DNA of 28,088 nucleotides from Pseudobacteriovorax sp. (GTDB lineage: Bacteria > Bdellovibrionota_B > Oligoflexia > Oligoflexales > Oligoflexaceae): contig JBNKNM010000055.1 in the NCBI GenBank assembly GCA_050293845.1, forward strand, positions 1 through 28,088. Reading direction: 5' to 3'. The notes beneath the pieces were generated by a model. The model was not told the origin of the DNA. It searched no databases and saw only the letters and a list, made by a program, of their open reading frames with translations. Both the position numbers and the translations under genes were made by a program. This document shows, one piece after another, positions 16,776 through 25,611 of this stretch (its first letter is position 1; every line of letters begins with the position of its first letter).

Positions 16776-19418
16776 GTGACTGAACAGCAGAAATTATTTG
16801 TCGTTGATGCCATGGCTATGGCATATCGCACTTTTTTTGCCATCGGCGGGAGTCGTTTAACAACCCCCAAAGGTAAACCTATAGGTGCAGTTTATGGAGC
16901 TGCATTATTTATGAATCGTTTGTTGATGGAAGAAAAACCTGAGTACCTGTGTGTTGTAACAGATAGCCCAGGCAAAACATTTCGCCACGAGATATATGAA
17001 GAATATAAGGCTCATCGCGACAAAATGCCAGCTGAATTATCTGATCAGTTGCCAGCTTTTTTTAAGTTATTTGAAATGATGGATCTGAAAACATTTGCTT
17101 TAGATGGATATGAGGCTGATGATATTATTGGAACTTTGTCCAAAAAATTTTCTAGTAAGGAGTTGAAAGTATACATAGTCTCTGGCGACAAGGACTTTTA
17201 TCAACTAGTTTCTGACAATGTTTATCTTTATGCACCTAAAAAAAATGAACGAATTGAAATTATCGATAAAGTGGGTGTTCATGAAAAATTCAAGTGTTCT
17301 CCCGAGTTGGTTATCGATTGTCTCGCTCTTATAGGCGATAAATCTGATAATATTCCAGGAGTTCCCGGAATTGGAGAAAAACGTGCGGCCGAACTGATAG
17401 AGAAATTTGGTGATCTTGATAATATTTATCAGCATCTGGATCAGATTACAGCAGTACGACAGAAGAAAGGGCTAGAGGAAAATAAAAATTTGGCCTATCT
17501 GTCAAAAAAATTAGTTACAATTGACTGCAAAGCTCCTATCGAAGTCGAGCTGTCGGAACTTAGAGTTGATGCCATCAAATCTGCGCAAAACGAGCAGCTG
17601 ATGAACTTCTATGAGGAGTTCGCTTTCAAAAGCCTATTGCAAAAAATCAGAGCGAATTTACATCCTTCACAAGATCACTCTGAAGAGTCAGTGAATACCA
17701 CAAAACCAAAAGCAAAAAAAGTAGTCACATCAGAACAATTTGGAGAGTGGGTTAGTCACCTTAAGGAGGGATCGCTGGTATCACTAGATTTTGTTTGGGA
17801 AGAAGGGGTAATGGCTGATAAAAATCTTACGTCAGTCCTGTACTATAATGCTCAAATTAATGTGGTGGAAGTGCCGAAAACCGCCGATGAAAAAATGATT
17901 TTTTCATCTTATTTAGGAGCATTACTGGCAGATAGTCGCTTGAAGAAAATTGCCTATGGGTGGAAAAAAAATCTTCAGATTTTGAAAAATATTGATCTCG
18001 ATCATGTTCAAAACTTTTATGATATAAAATTAGCTGATTATGTTCTAAATCCCAATGATAATCGTCGGGACCTTAGGGATATCACCAAGCGATTTCATCA
18101 TGAAATCTTTGATGAAGGCGATGCTGTTAGATACTATGAAGCGATTTATCAGCAACAAATGGTACTACTTAAGGAGCAACATTTGCTACAGGTTATCGAA
18201 GAGATCGAACTACCTCTTGTACCTGTTTTAGCGCAAATGGAGTATAAAGGAGTATTGGTAGACCCTGGATTTTTATTAGAATATTCGCGAGCTATGAGTG
18301 AAAATATCAAACGATTAGAAATGGAAATCTATAGCCTAGCTGACGAAAAATTCAATATCAACTCTACGAAACAGTTGCGTGAGATTATATACAACAAACT
18401 AAAAATTCACGAACAGCTTGGAATTTTAAAAATAAAAAAAACCAAAACAGGTTTTTCGACCGATGAATCAGTCCTATCGCAAATGATGGCTCATCCCCTC
18501 CCAAAAGCGATTTTGGAATACCGTCAGCTAACAAAACTCAAGAACACTTGGCTTGATACTTTACCGCAACATATCAATCCGAAAACAGAACGGGTTCACA
18601 CGAACTTTCAACAAACAGTTGCTGCGACCGGTAGATTAAGTTCCAATGGTCCTAACCTGCAAAATATTCCTATGAGAACAGAAGTGGGACGAAACATAAG
18701 GAAGGCTTTTATTGCTCCCAAAGACTATCTATTGCTTTCAGCAGATTATTCCCAAGTAGAAATCCGCCTATTGGCGGGCATGGCAAATGAGCTGCATCTG
18801 ATGGAAGCTTTTAAGAAAGGTGAGGATATCCACCGTGCCACGGCTGCAAAAATATTTTCTGTGAACCCAGATCAAGTCAGTACTGAGTTAAGATCTCGGG
18901 CTAAAGCAGTGAATTTTGGTATTATATACGGTATGGGTCCTCAAAGGCTAGCTCAGGATACTGGGGTTTCATTATCGGAGGCCAAAGATTTCATAAAAAA
19001 ATACTTAGAAGCCTATCCGGGTATCAAAAATTTTACGGAAAGCCTAGTGCACAAGGGTCAAGTAAATGGTTTTAGCGCTACTATTACGGGACGGCGACGA
19101 CTTATCCCTGGAATTGCTGATCGCAACCGGGCTATCGCTGCGCGCGCTGAAAATATCGCCATCAATGCACCTATCCAGGGTAGCGCTGCTGATATTATTA
19201 AACTAGCTATGATAAAGATTTATCATTGGTTTCGACGCGAGCGATTAAACGCAAGTCTAATTCTACAAGTTCACGATGAGCTTGTTGTTGAAGTACATGA
19301 AAAGGATCTTGAAAGGGTAAAAGAGCTAGTACGGGAGGGTATGGAGCATGCACTGGATTTTCCTGTCCCCCTAAAGGTGGAGATGGGAGTGGGGCGAAAT
19401 TGGTTTGAGGCTCATTAG
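16776..19418 (+). CDS. polA: DNA polymerase I
   Basis: 5'-3' nuclease (YEADDIIGTL, GDKSDNIPGVPGIGEK) and polymerase motifs TGRLSS.PNLQNIP, SADYSQVEIR, RAKAVNFGIIYG, QVHDEL. Confidence 0.97.
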   Translation: MTEQQKLFVVDAMAMAYRTFFAIGGSRLTTPKGKPIGAVYGAALFMNRLLMEEKPEYLCVVTDSPGKTFRHEIYEEYKAHRDKMPAELSDQLPAFFKLFEMMDLKTFALDGYEADDIIGTLSKKFSSKELKVYIVSGDKDFYQLVSDNVYLYAPKKNERIEIIDKVGVHEKFKCSPELVIDCLALIGDKSDNIPGVPGIGEKRAAELIEKFGDLDNIYQHLDQITAVRQKKGLEENKNLAYLSKKLVTIDCKAPIEVELSELRVDAIKSAQNEQLMNFYEEFAFKSLLQKIRANLHPSQDHSEESVNTTKPKAKKVVTSEQFGEWVSHLKEGSLVSLDFVWEEGVMADKNLTSVLYYNAQINVVEVPKTADEKMIFSSYLGALLADSRLKKIAYGWKKNLQILKNIDLDHVQNFYDIKLADYVLNPNDNRRDLRDITKRFHHEIFDEGDAVRYYEAIYQQQMVLLKEQHLLQVIEEIELPLVPVLAQMEYKGVLVDPGFLLEYSRAMSENIKRLEMEIYSLADEKFNINSTKQLREIIYNKLKIHEQLGILKIKKTKTGFSTDESVLSQMMAHPLPKAILEYRQLTKLKNTWLDTLPQHINPKTERVHTNFQQTVAATGRLSSNGPNLQNIPMRTEVGRNIRKAFIAPKDYLLLSADYSQVEIRLLAGMANELHLMEAFKKGEDIHRATAAKIFSVNPDQVSTELRSRAKAVNFGIIYGMGPQRLAQDTGVSLSEAKDFIKKYLEAYPGIKNFTESLVHKGQVNGFSATITGRRRLIPGIADRNRAIAARAENIAINAPIQGSAADIIKLAMIKIYHWFRRERLNASLILQVHDELVVEVHEKDLERVKELVREGMEHALDFPVPLKVEMGVGRNWFEAH

Positions 19419-19495
19419 CTAAAACCTGGATTTGAAAAATACTCTGAATTTGCTTTTTAGGATCACCTGACTCTTCGCGGTTTCGGAATAAAGTG

Positions 19496-19516
19496 TCCCG
19501 GGTTAATATCCCGGGA
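19496..19516. terminator. Stem-loop between convergent polA and lipoprotein genes
   Basis: TCCCGGG-TTAATAT-CCCGGGA is a perfect 7-bp inverted repeat. Confidence 0.45.
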
Positions 19517-19523
19517 AGCTTAG

Positions 19524-20435
19524 TTATTTTGACTGCGAAGGATCTTCTCCATTAATGACACAGTACCTTATATTGTCGATAGCGCCAGATCCCGCTAACT
19601 TGATTTTCATTTTTCGACCTGCAGGAAGTGTTTTGGTGGGTTCGGTGGGATCGGTGGGTTCAAAACTAATGACTTCATACCCACCATCAGGTCCCATGTC
19701 AACTATGTGTTCAGCAACAAGGCTTCGTTGATTCTCACCGTAAAGCTTAATAACAGTGCCTCCTTCATCCATATCGATCATGGTAATACCTTCGAAGCGA
19801 ACTAAATTATCAAAAGAAACTTTAATGGTACCACCCTTTGAATTGTCGTCAGGGTTTGTAAAGATACCCTCATCATCTTTCTTATTATTTTCTGCGATAA
19901 TAAGAATATTTCCAAACCCATTCCTGTATTCCGTATCAGCTGGATCGATATAAAGGTCGCGGTCGGTGCTTTGCTCTGAATCGGTGCTATCAAATAGGAT
20001 TCCATGATCAAATCCTTTTCCATTAGCCTGGACGTTAAATTCGACTCCGTCATATTGCTTAGTAATTTCAGTTCCAGCTTTAAGTGGCTCCATGGTAGGA
20101 CCTATCTCGTCAAAGGTGATAACTTTAGACACACAACTACCATCACCCTTTACAGGTTCATTACCGGGCTTGCCCTTTCCAGGATTATCCTTTGAAGGTC
20201 CTTTGCCCTTTCCAGGATTATCCTTTGAAGGTCCTTTGCCATCAGTGGTGTCACTACCACTGGCATTTTTTGCAAGATCATTGTTTTCTTGACTCTGATC
20301 CTGATCTTGGATGAGTTCGTTATCATTGCTAATATTTTCATCAGGGGAGGCTACTTTATTAGCACCATTCATTTCTTTGGTACCGCATGATGATATTAAT
20401 CCATAGGCCAATAGTACAACAGCATGAAATTTCAT
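19524..20435 (-). CDS. Hypothetical lipoprotein with repeat linker and acidic beta-rich C-terminal domain
   Basis: MKFHAVVLLAYGLISSC lipobox and GAGGA RBS before ATG 20435. C-terminal motifs LFDS, GNILIIAEN, PDDN..GG, IDMDE, GSGAID. Confidence 0.85.
   Translation of the reverse strand: MKFHAVVLLAYGLISSCGTKEMNGANKVASPDENISNDNELIQDQDQSQENNDLAKNASGSDTTDGKGPSKDNPGKGKGPSKDNPGKGKPGNEPVKGDGSCVSKVITFDEIGPTMEPLKAGTEITKQYDGVEFNVQANGKGFDHGILFDSTDSEQSTDRDLYIDPADTEYRNGFGNILIIAENNKKDDEGIFTNPDDNSKGGTIKVSFDNLVRFEGITMIDMDEGGTVIKLYGENQRSLVAEHIVDMGPDGGYEVISFEPTDPTEPTKTLPAGRKMKIKLAGSGAIDNIRYCVINGEDPSQSK
20170..20240. repeat. 33-nt perfect tandem repeat (2 full copies + 5 nt) encoding GKGPSKDNPGK
   Basis: TTGCCCTTTCCAGGATTATCCTTTGAAGGTCCT at 20170-20202 and 20203-20235, then TTGCC. 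Confidence 0.95.
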
Positions 20436-20504
20436 TTTGTCAGTTCCTCTCAACTTCAGCTACAATATTCAAAAAGTGAAACAGCTTTCTGCTACAGACT
20501 TCTT

Positions 20505-20520
20505 TGCAAAGCCTTTGCCA
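20505..20520 (-). promoter_or_regulatory. Sigma54 -24/-12 promoter of the lipoprotein gene
   Basis: Minus strand TGGCAAAGGCTTTGCA = GG-N10-GC, near consensus. Confidence 0.7.
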
Positions 20521-20572
20521 AAAACTTTCAATCCGGTAAAAATCTGATAATATGCAATAATTGTTACTTTCT

Positions 20573-20595
20573 AGGTGTCTAAAAAATTGACACCT
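20573..20595. promoter_or_regulatory. Palindromic operator, candidate bEBP upstream activating sequence
   Basis: AGGTGTC-TAAAAAATT-GACACCT about 50-75 bp upstream of the sigma54 box. Confidence 0.55.
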
Positions 20596-21032
20596 GATCA
20601 CAACTTATTTCAAAGCACTACAAAATGATTGAGTCTTTTTACCTATGAACTAGTTTCCTTAGACTTGTATACCTTCTGTATGGTGTGATTTTTTCGAACT
20701 GAGTGATCGTATTTGCGAACTTTTTCCTACTTTATCTTTAAAATCAGATTTAAGTAAAACTTAATTGCTAAGAAAAATTTGTAAGTTTTTTATTAAAAAA
20801 GCTTCAGCTTACTATCTATTTTTAAAAATCGTTACCTCACCAACATTTCTAAAATTTGATATAGAAAAAATCCGGAAGATGCTTAACAGCAACTCTTGAT
20901 TATCTACGACCTATGGAGTATGAACAGTGCTTACTAGATTCTGGGCACACCAGAGATTATATCGTTGAGCGTTCAAGAATCAGCAGAGCCTGGCTTACTG
21001 TTGCTCAATTTCTTTGAAAGGAGATCCATATT

Positions 21033-22373
21033 ATGCGGACAGTAAAAAAGTTGTCTCTTTTAGCATGTCTATTTGCAGGAACGGCATTCGCGGATGACAA
21101 TTTCGAATATCATGGTTATTTGCGAGTAGGGGGAGGATGGTCAGAGGGAGGAACAGAACAAAGCTGTTTCAAACTTGCCAATTCTCCCGGCTATACAGCA
21201 TCTCGTTTAGGCAACGAGTGTGGTGGTATGTATTCCGAGCTGACACTCAGCAATAAAATGGGTGATCCGGAGTCTGATAAGCCATGGTTTAAGTCCAACT
21301 TTACATTAGCTTTTGTAGCAGACCTTTTTGATACATGGGAAGCTACTGATGACGATGATCTAACCATTTCTTTACGCGAAGCTTACATTACAGGAGGCAA
21401 CTTACTTCCTAATGACGCAATGCTTTGGATGGGTAAAAGGTTCTATCGTCGTCATGACATCCATATGCTTGATCTATTCATTACAGAACATAATGGTGGC
21501 CGAGGTGTTGGGGTTGAAGGTTATAAACTGGGTGATAAGTCCTTGAGTGTTGCTGTGATGCAGCATCGCGCTGATGGTACATTTCAGAGTGGTAGCGAAA
21601 GCTATGCAGCACCTGTAGAGACATCCATCGACGCTCGATTCCAAGCGGAGAGTTGGGAAGCGATCCTCTTAGTGGGTAGCCAGTCATCACGGGCTAGTAG
21701 ATCCGGGAAAAAAGTATTCGAAGCTATGTCAGGACAGTCTATCACGGGTATTTACTCCTCAGCGCTTGCAGGAGGTCAAAGTAAATTGTTTGCTCAATTT
21801 GGAGCAGGACTTTATGGACCGATTGCTGGTGGAGTTAACCCTTTCTTTGCTAATGCTAGTCCAGCCAGTGTTGTTTTTAAAGGTGATGATGCATCTAAAG
21901 ACAACATAGCTAAGTCGCACTCCCTACGCTTGGCTGAGCAGTGGGTTAAGTCGACAGATACTATGGATTTAGGGGTTTCTGCAGTATTACAATCAGATAA
22001 CCTTGGTGAAACAAAACTGAGCTCTCAGGAGGATGCCGAGCTTAGAACCATCGCCTTGGGTGAAGTGCGAGCATCTTACTACTTTTCGGACTTCTGGAAA
22101 GCAACATTGGATGTTGCCCATGTGAACATCGGTAAAAATCTTATCGTGGAAAATTCCCAAACTGTGCAAAAAGATCAATCTTTAAATAAGGTTACGCTTG
22201 CAGCAGAGGCTGTGAAAGAAAAAGGATATTGGGCGCGACCTTCATTACGATTCTTCGTAACAGTTGCTTCTTGGAGTAGTGACTCCAAAGGCAGTATAGA
22301 GGGTGCGCTGCCTTTCCAAGTTACCGAAACTAATGCCGCCACATATGGTTTTCAGGCTGAATGGTGGTATTAA
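21033..22373 (+). CDS. lamB: Carbohydrate porin, LamB/maltoporin family
   Basis: Signal peptide (TAFA), EYHGYLR, RLGNEC, WMGKRFYRRHDIHMLD, WARPSLRFF and C-terminal YGFQAEWWY; AAGGAG RBS. Confidence 0.9.
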   Translation: MRTVKKLSLLACLFAGTAFADDNFEYHGYLRVGGGWSEGGTEQSCFKLANSPGYTASRLGNECGGMYSELTLSNKMGDPESDKPWFKSNFTLAFVADLFDTWEATDDDDLTISLREAYITGGNLLPNDAMLWMGKRFYRRHDIHMLDLFITEHNGGRGVGVEGYKLGDKSLSVAVMQHRADGTFQSGSESYAAPVETSIDARFQAESWEAILLVGSQSSRASRSGKKVFEAMSGQSITGIYSSALAGGQSKLFAQFGAGLYGPIAGGVNPFFANASPASVVFKGDDASKDNIAKSHSLRLAEQWVKSTDTMDLGVSAVLQSDNLGETKLSSQEDAELRTIALGEVRASYYFSDFWKATLDVAHVNIGKNLIVENSQTVQKDQSLNKVTLAAEAVKEKGYWARPSLRFFVTVASWSSDSKGSIEGALPFQVTETNAATYGFQAEWWY

Positions 22374-22395
22374 AAAAATATTAGCATCAGCTTCT

Positions 22396-22425
22396 CCACC
22401 CCATTGCTTATAGGCAGCGGGGTGG
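22396..22425 (+). terminator. Intercistronic GC-rich hairpin between porin and ABC genes
   Basis: CCACCCCATTGC-TTATAG-GCAGCGGGGTGG with no long U-tract. Confidence 0.5.
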
Positions 22426-22588
22426 TTCGTCGGTTTTGGGGAAATCGACTTGATCCCATAGTGAAATGGATTTAGTATCGGTACAGGTTTCTAATGGGAA
22501 ATACTACCCAAGGATTATCCTTGGTGGAAGGGTTGGTTGCTGTTGTGAAAAACTTGCCGCTGCAATTATCAATATTGAGGGAATAAGT

Positions 22589-23833
22589 ATGAAAAGTCAC
22601 CTATTAAGCATTTTATCGTTGTTCTTTTTTTCATCCCTATCTCATGCAGGTGAGGTTGAGGTTCTGCATTGGTGGACTTCAGGGGGAGAGGCGCAATCGG
22701 TGCAAAAACTCCAATCCTTACTAAAGAAAAAAGGCCATAATTGGAAGGATTTTGCTGTTGCCGGAGGTGGTGGTACCAATGCCATGACGGTACTTAAATC
22801 CAGGGCTATTTCAGGGAATCCTCCTACGGCAGCCCAAGTTAAGGGAAAGCAAATTCAAAATTGGGCATCTCAGGGGTTTCTTGCTAATCTTGACAGTGTT
22901 GCGAAAGCGGGTAAATGGGATCAGTTAATTCCTACCGAGATCAATCAGATCATGAAGTATAAGGGGAAGTACGTTGCTGTTCCCGTAAACGTTCATCGTA
23001 CCAATTGGCTGTGGGTAAATTTAGCTATTTTTAAAAAAGTTGGCGCTAAAATTCCGACGACGTGGAAGGAGTTTGAGGTAGCGGCTGAGAAAATAAGAAA
23101 GGCTGGTTATATTCCTTTGGCGTTTGGAGGTCAGGATTGGCAAGAGGCCACTGTTTTTGAATCTATTGTCCTCGGTATCGGTGGACCCGCGTTCTATAAA
23201 AAAGCATTTGTAGACCTCGATAATAATACCCTTAAGAGCGATAAAATGATCGAGTGTTTGGAGTTCTTCCGTGGACTTAAAAAGTATACGGATGAAAATG
23301 CTCCTGGACGCGATTGGAATCTAGCAACATCGATGGTTTATCAAGGCAAAGCTGCCATGCAGATTATGGGAGATTGGGCGAAAGCTGAGTTCTCGGTTGC
23401 CGGTAAAAAGCCTGGAGTCGACTATGATGCTGTACCTGTTCCAGGGACTGGAGATGGCTTCCTTTTCAATGTTGATAGCTTCATCATGTTTAAAGTTAAG
23501 AACAAGGCCAATAGCCAGGCACAGAAAGAACTGGCTGAAATTATTTTGTCCGATGAATTCCAAATCGATTTCAACGTTAGAAAAGGGTCGATTCCTGTGA
23601 AAAAAGGAATTACATCCAGTAAGCTTGATAAGATTGCAAAGCTTAGTATGAAGCACTTTATATCTTCTACCAAGCGCCATGCCTTGCTACCAAGTATCGC
23701 CCATGAAATGGCCACTACGGCTGCTGTCAGGGGAGCTTTCTTGGATGCGGTGACGAATTTTTATAACTCAAATATTACTGCAAAAAAAGCAGCACTCAAC
23801 CTAGCGAATGGCGTTAAATCTGAAATGAACTAG
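22589..23833 (+). CDS. Sugar (glucose/mannose-type) ABC transporter substrate-binding protein, GtsA-like
   Basis: Signal peptide then EVEVLHWWTSGGE, AVPVNVHRTNWLW, AAMQIMGDWAK, KGSIP. Start ATG 22589 with GAGG RBS; the ORF track starts at 22466. Confidence 0.92.
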   Translation: MKSHLLSILSLFFFSSLSHAGEVEVLHWWTSGGEAQSVQKLQSLLKKKGHNWKDFAVAGGGGTNAMTVLKSRAISGNPPTAAQVKGKQIQNWASQGFLANLDSVAKAGKWDQLIPTEINQIMKYKGKYVAVPVNVHRTNWLWVNLAIFKKVGAKIPTTWKEFEVAAEKIRKAGYIPLAFGGQDWQEATVFESIVLGIGGPAFYKKAFVDLDNNTLKSDKMIECLEFFRGLKKYTDENAPGRDWNLATSMVYQGKAAMQIMGDWAKAEFSVAGKKPGVDYDAVPVPGTGDGFLFNVDSFIMFKVKNKANSQAQKELAEIILSDEFQIDFNVRKGSIPVKKGITSSKLDKIAKLSMKHFISSTKRHALLPSIAHEMATTAAVRGAFLDAVTNFYNSNITAKKAALNLANGVKSEMN

Positions 23834-23842
23834 TAGGCTAGA

Positions 23843-24748
23843 ATGGATATGCATGCCCGAAGGGTGAGTTTTGCTACTCGATTAGAAAATTGGTTACCTA
23901 AGATTGTTGTGGCTCCTACATTTGTGGCCATGATGGTCTTTATATATGGCTTTATCATCTGGACGGCGATCATATCCCTAACTAAGTCGAGGCTTTTACC
24001 TTCCTACGACTTTGCCGGCTTTTCACAGTATATCAAGCTTTTTCAAAATGATCGCTGGCTTACTGCTTGTGAAAACCTATTTATTTTCAGCATTCTGTTT
24101 ATAGGAATTTGCATCGGTATTGGTCTACTCCTTGCCATTCTCCTGGACCAAAAAATTCGCGGAGATGGATTTCTCCGCACTATTTACCTCTACCCGATGT
24201 CCCTATCCTTTATTGTCACTGGTACTGCTTGGAAATGGATTATGAATCCAGGACTTGGGATTGAAAAGCTTTTCAGAGATTTTGGCTTTAGCTCTTTTCA
24301 ATTCGATTGGTTGGTGAATCCAGAAATGTCCATTTATACAATCATTATTGCAGCCATATGGCAATCTAGTGGATTTGTTATGGCGATGTTTTTAGCAGGT
24401 CTGCGTGGGATTGATGATGCCATTATTAAAGCAGCTAGAATTGACGGAGCTAGTCAATGGCGAATCTATTCCAAAATTATTATTCCAAATTTGCGTCCTA
24501 TTTTTTTTAGTGCCTTCATTGTATTAACTCATATCTCAATAAAATCCTTTGATTTGGTCATGGTTCTGACAAATGGAGGACCAGGGTATTCTTCAGAGCT
24601 GCCCGCACGCTTTATGTATGTGTACTCTTTTGATCGGGGCAGGCTGGGGTATGGCGCGGCGAGTGCCATGATTATGTTTTGTGGCGTAGCTGCCATCATC
24701 ATACCTTATCTTTACTCGGAACTAAGACGAAAGGATGGAGATGCCTAA
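23843..24748 (+). CDS. Sugar ABC transporter permease (MalF-like, GtsB-like)
   Basis: Transmembrane segments, RTIYLYPMSLSFIVTG, and EAA-like loop KAARIDGAS. Confidence 0.93.
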   Translation: MDMHARRVSFATRLENWLPKIVVAPTFVAMMVFIYGFIIWTAIISLTKSRLLPSYDFAGFSQYIKLFQNDRWLTACENLFIFSILFIGICIGIGLLLAILLDQKIRGDGFLRTIYLYPMSLSFIVTGTAWKWIMNPGLGIEKLFRDFGFSSFQFDWLVNPEMSIYTIIIAAIWQSSGFVMAMFLAGLRGIDDAIIKAARIDGASQWRIYSKIIIPNLRPIFFSAFIVLTHISIKSFDLVMVLTNGGPGYSSELPARFMYVYSFDRGRLGYGAASAMIMFCGVAAIIIPYLYSELRRKDGDA

Positions 24749-25610
24749 TTTATCGAACTTTGTTCTGAGCAGTAGAAGAGTTTTGATTTATACTATCCTT
24801 ATTGTCTCTGCCCTATATTTTATGTTGCCGCTGTTTGTGATGTTATCTACTTCAGTGAAAACCTTGGCCGACATTCAAACGGGGAACTTGATTTCCCTGC
24901 CAAAGGAAATTAGTCTTGATGCATGGGGAGAAGCCTGGCAGTCAGCCTGTATTGGCACAAAGTGCGATGGCATCAGACCGTATTTTTTTAATTCGATATT
25001 GATCGTGATACCAGCTGTATTGTTTTCTACTTTATTGGGTGCTTTAAACGGTTATGTTATTACCCAATGGCGTTTCCGCGGGAGTGAGATTTTTTTTGGT
25101 GCCCTTTTAGTGGGGAGCTTTATTCCATTTCAAGTTATCCTATTGCCAATGGCGCAGTTGCTGGGACGCTTACATTTAAGTCAAAGTATTTTCGGTCTGG
25201 TACTGGTTCATACGATTTACGGTTTAGCCTTTACTACGCTTTTTTTCCGTAATTTCTATGTTAGTCTTCCCAAAGCGCTTATATCAGCTGCCAAGATTGA
25301 TGGAGCTGGTTTTTTTAAAATTTTTGTCCGCATTATGCTGCCGATTTCATTACCAACAATTATGGTAACGGTGATTTGGCAGACTACTCAAATCTGGAAC
25401 GACTTTTTGTTCGGTGTTGTTTTCTCCTCAGGTGATAATCAGCCAGTAACTGTGGCACTCAATAATATTGTAAATACAACTTCGGCGGTAAAGCGTTATA
25501 ACGTAGATATGGCATCGGCCATTATTGCCGCAACGCCCACATTATTGGTCTATTTCGTTTCAGGGAAGTACTTTATACGCGGCTTAACAGTAGGATCAGT
25601 AAAGGGATAG
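24741..25610 (+). CDS. Sugar ABC transporter permease (MalG-like, GtsC-like)
   Basis: Transmembrane segments, SAAKIDGAG and QIWNDFLFG. Start is ATG 24741 or 24735, overlapping the upstream stop. Confidence 0.93.
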   Translation: MPNLSNFVLSSRRVLIYTILIVSALYFMLPLFVMLSTSVKTLADIQTGNLISLPKEISLDAWGEAWQSACIGTKCDGIRPYFFNSILIVIPAVLFSTLLGALNGYVITQWRFRGSEIFFGALLVGSFIPFQVILLPMAQLLGRLHLSQSIFGLVLVHTIYGLAFTTLFFRNFYVSLPKALISAAKIDGAGFFKIFVRIMLPISLPTIMVTVIWQTTQIWNDFLFGVVFSSGDNQPVTVALNNIVNTTSAVKRYNVDMASAIIAATPTLLVYFVSGKYFIRGLTVGSVKG

Positions 25611-25611
25611 T

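Noticed and set aside
20195..20239. GAAGGTCCTTTG in the 33-nt repeat resembles part of the candidate guide (GAAGGTCCCTTG at 37-48)
   Set aside because: Only 11 of 12 nt match and the flanks do not; this is compatible with chance.
20170..20240. Direct repeat considered as a mini-CRISPR
   Set aside because: The units are contiguous with no spacer, in frame within a CDS, and no cas genes are present.
20991..21005. TGGCTTACTGTTGCT looks like a sigma54 promoter for lamB
   Set aside because: GG-to-GC spacing is 9 nt, not the required 10.
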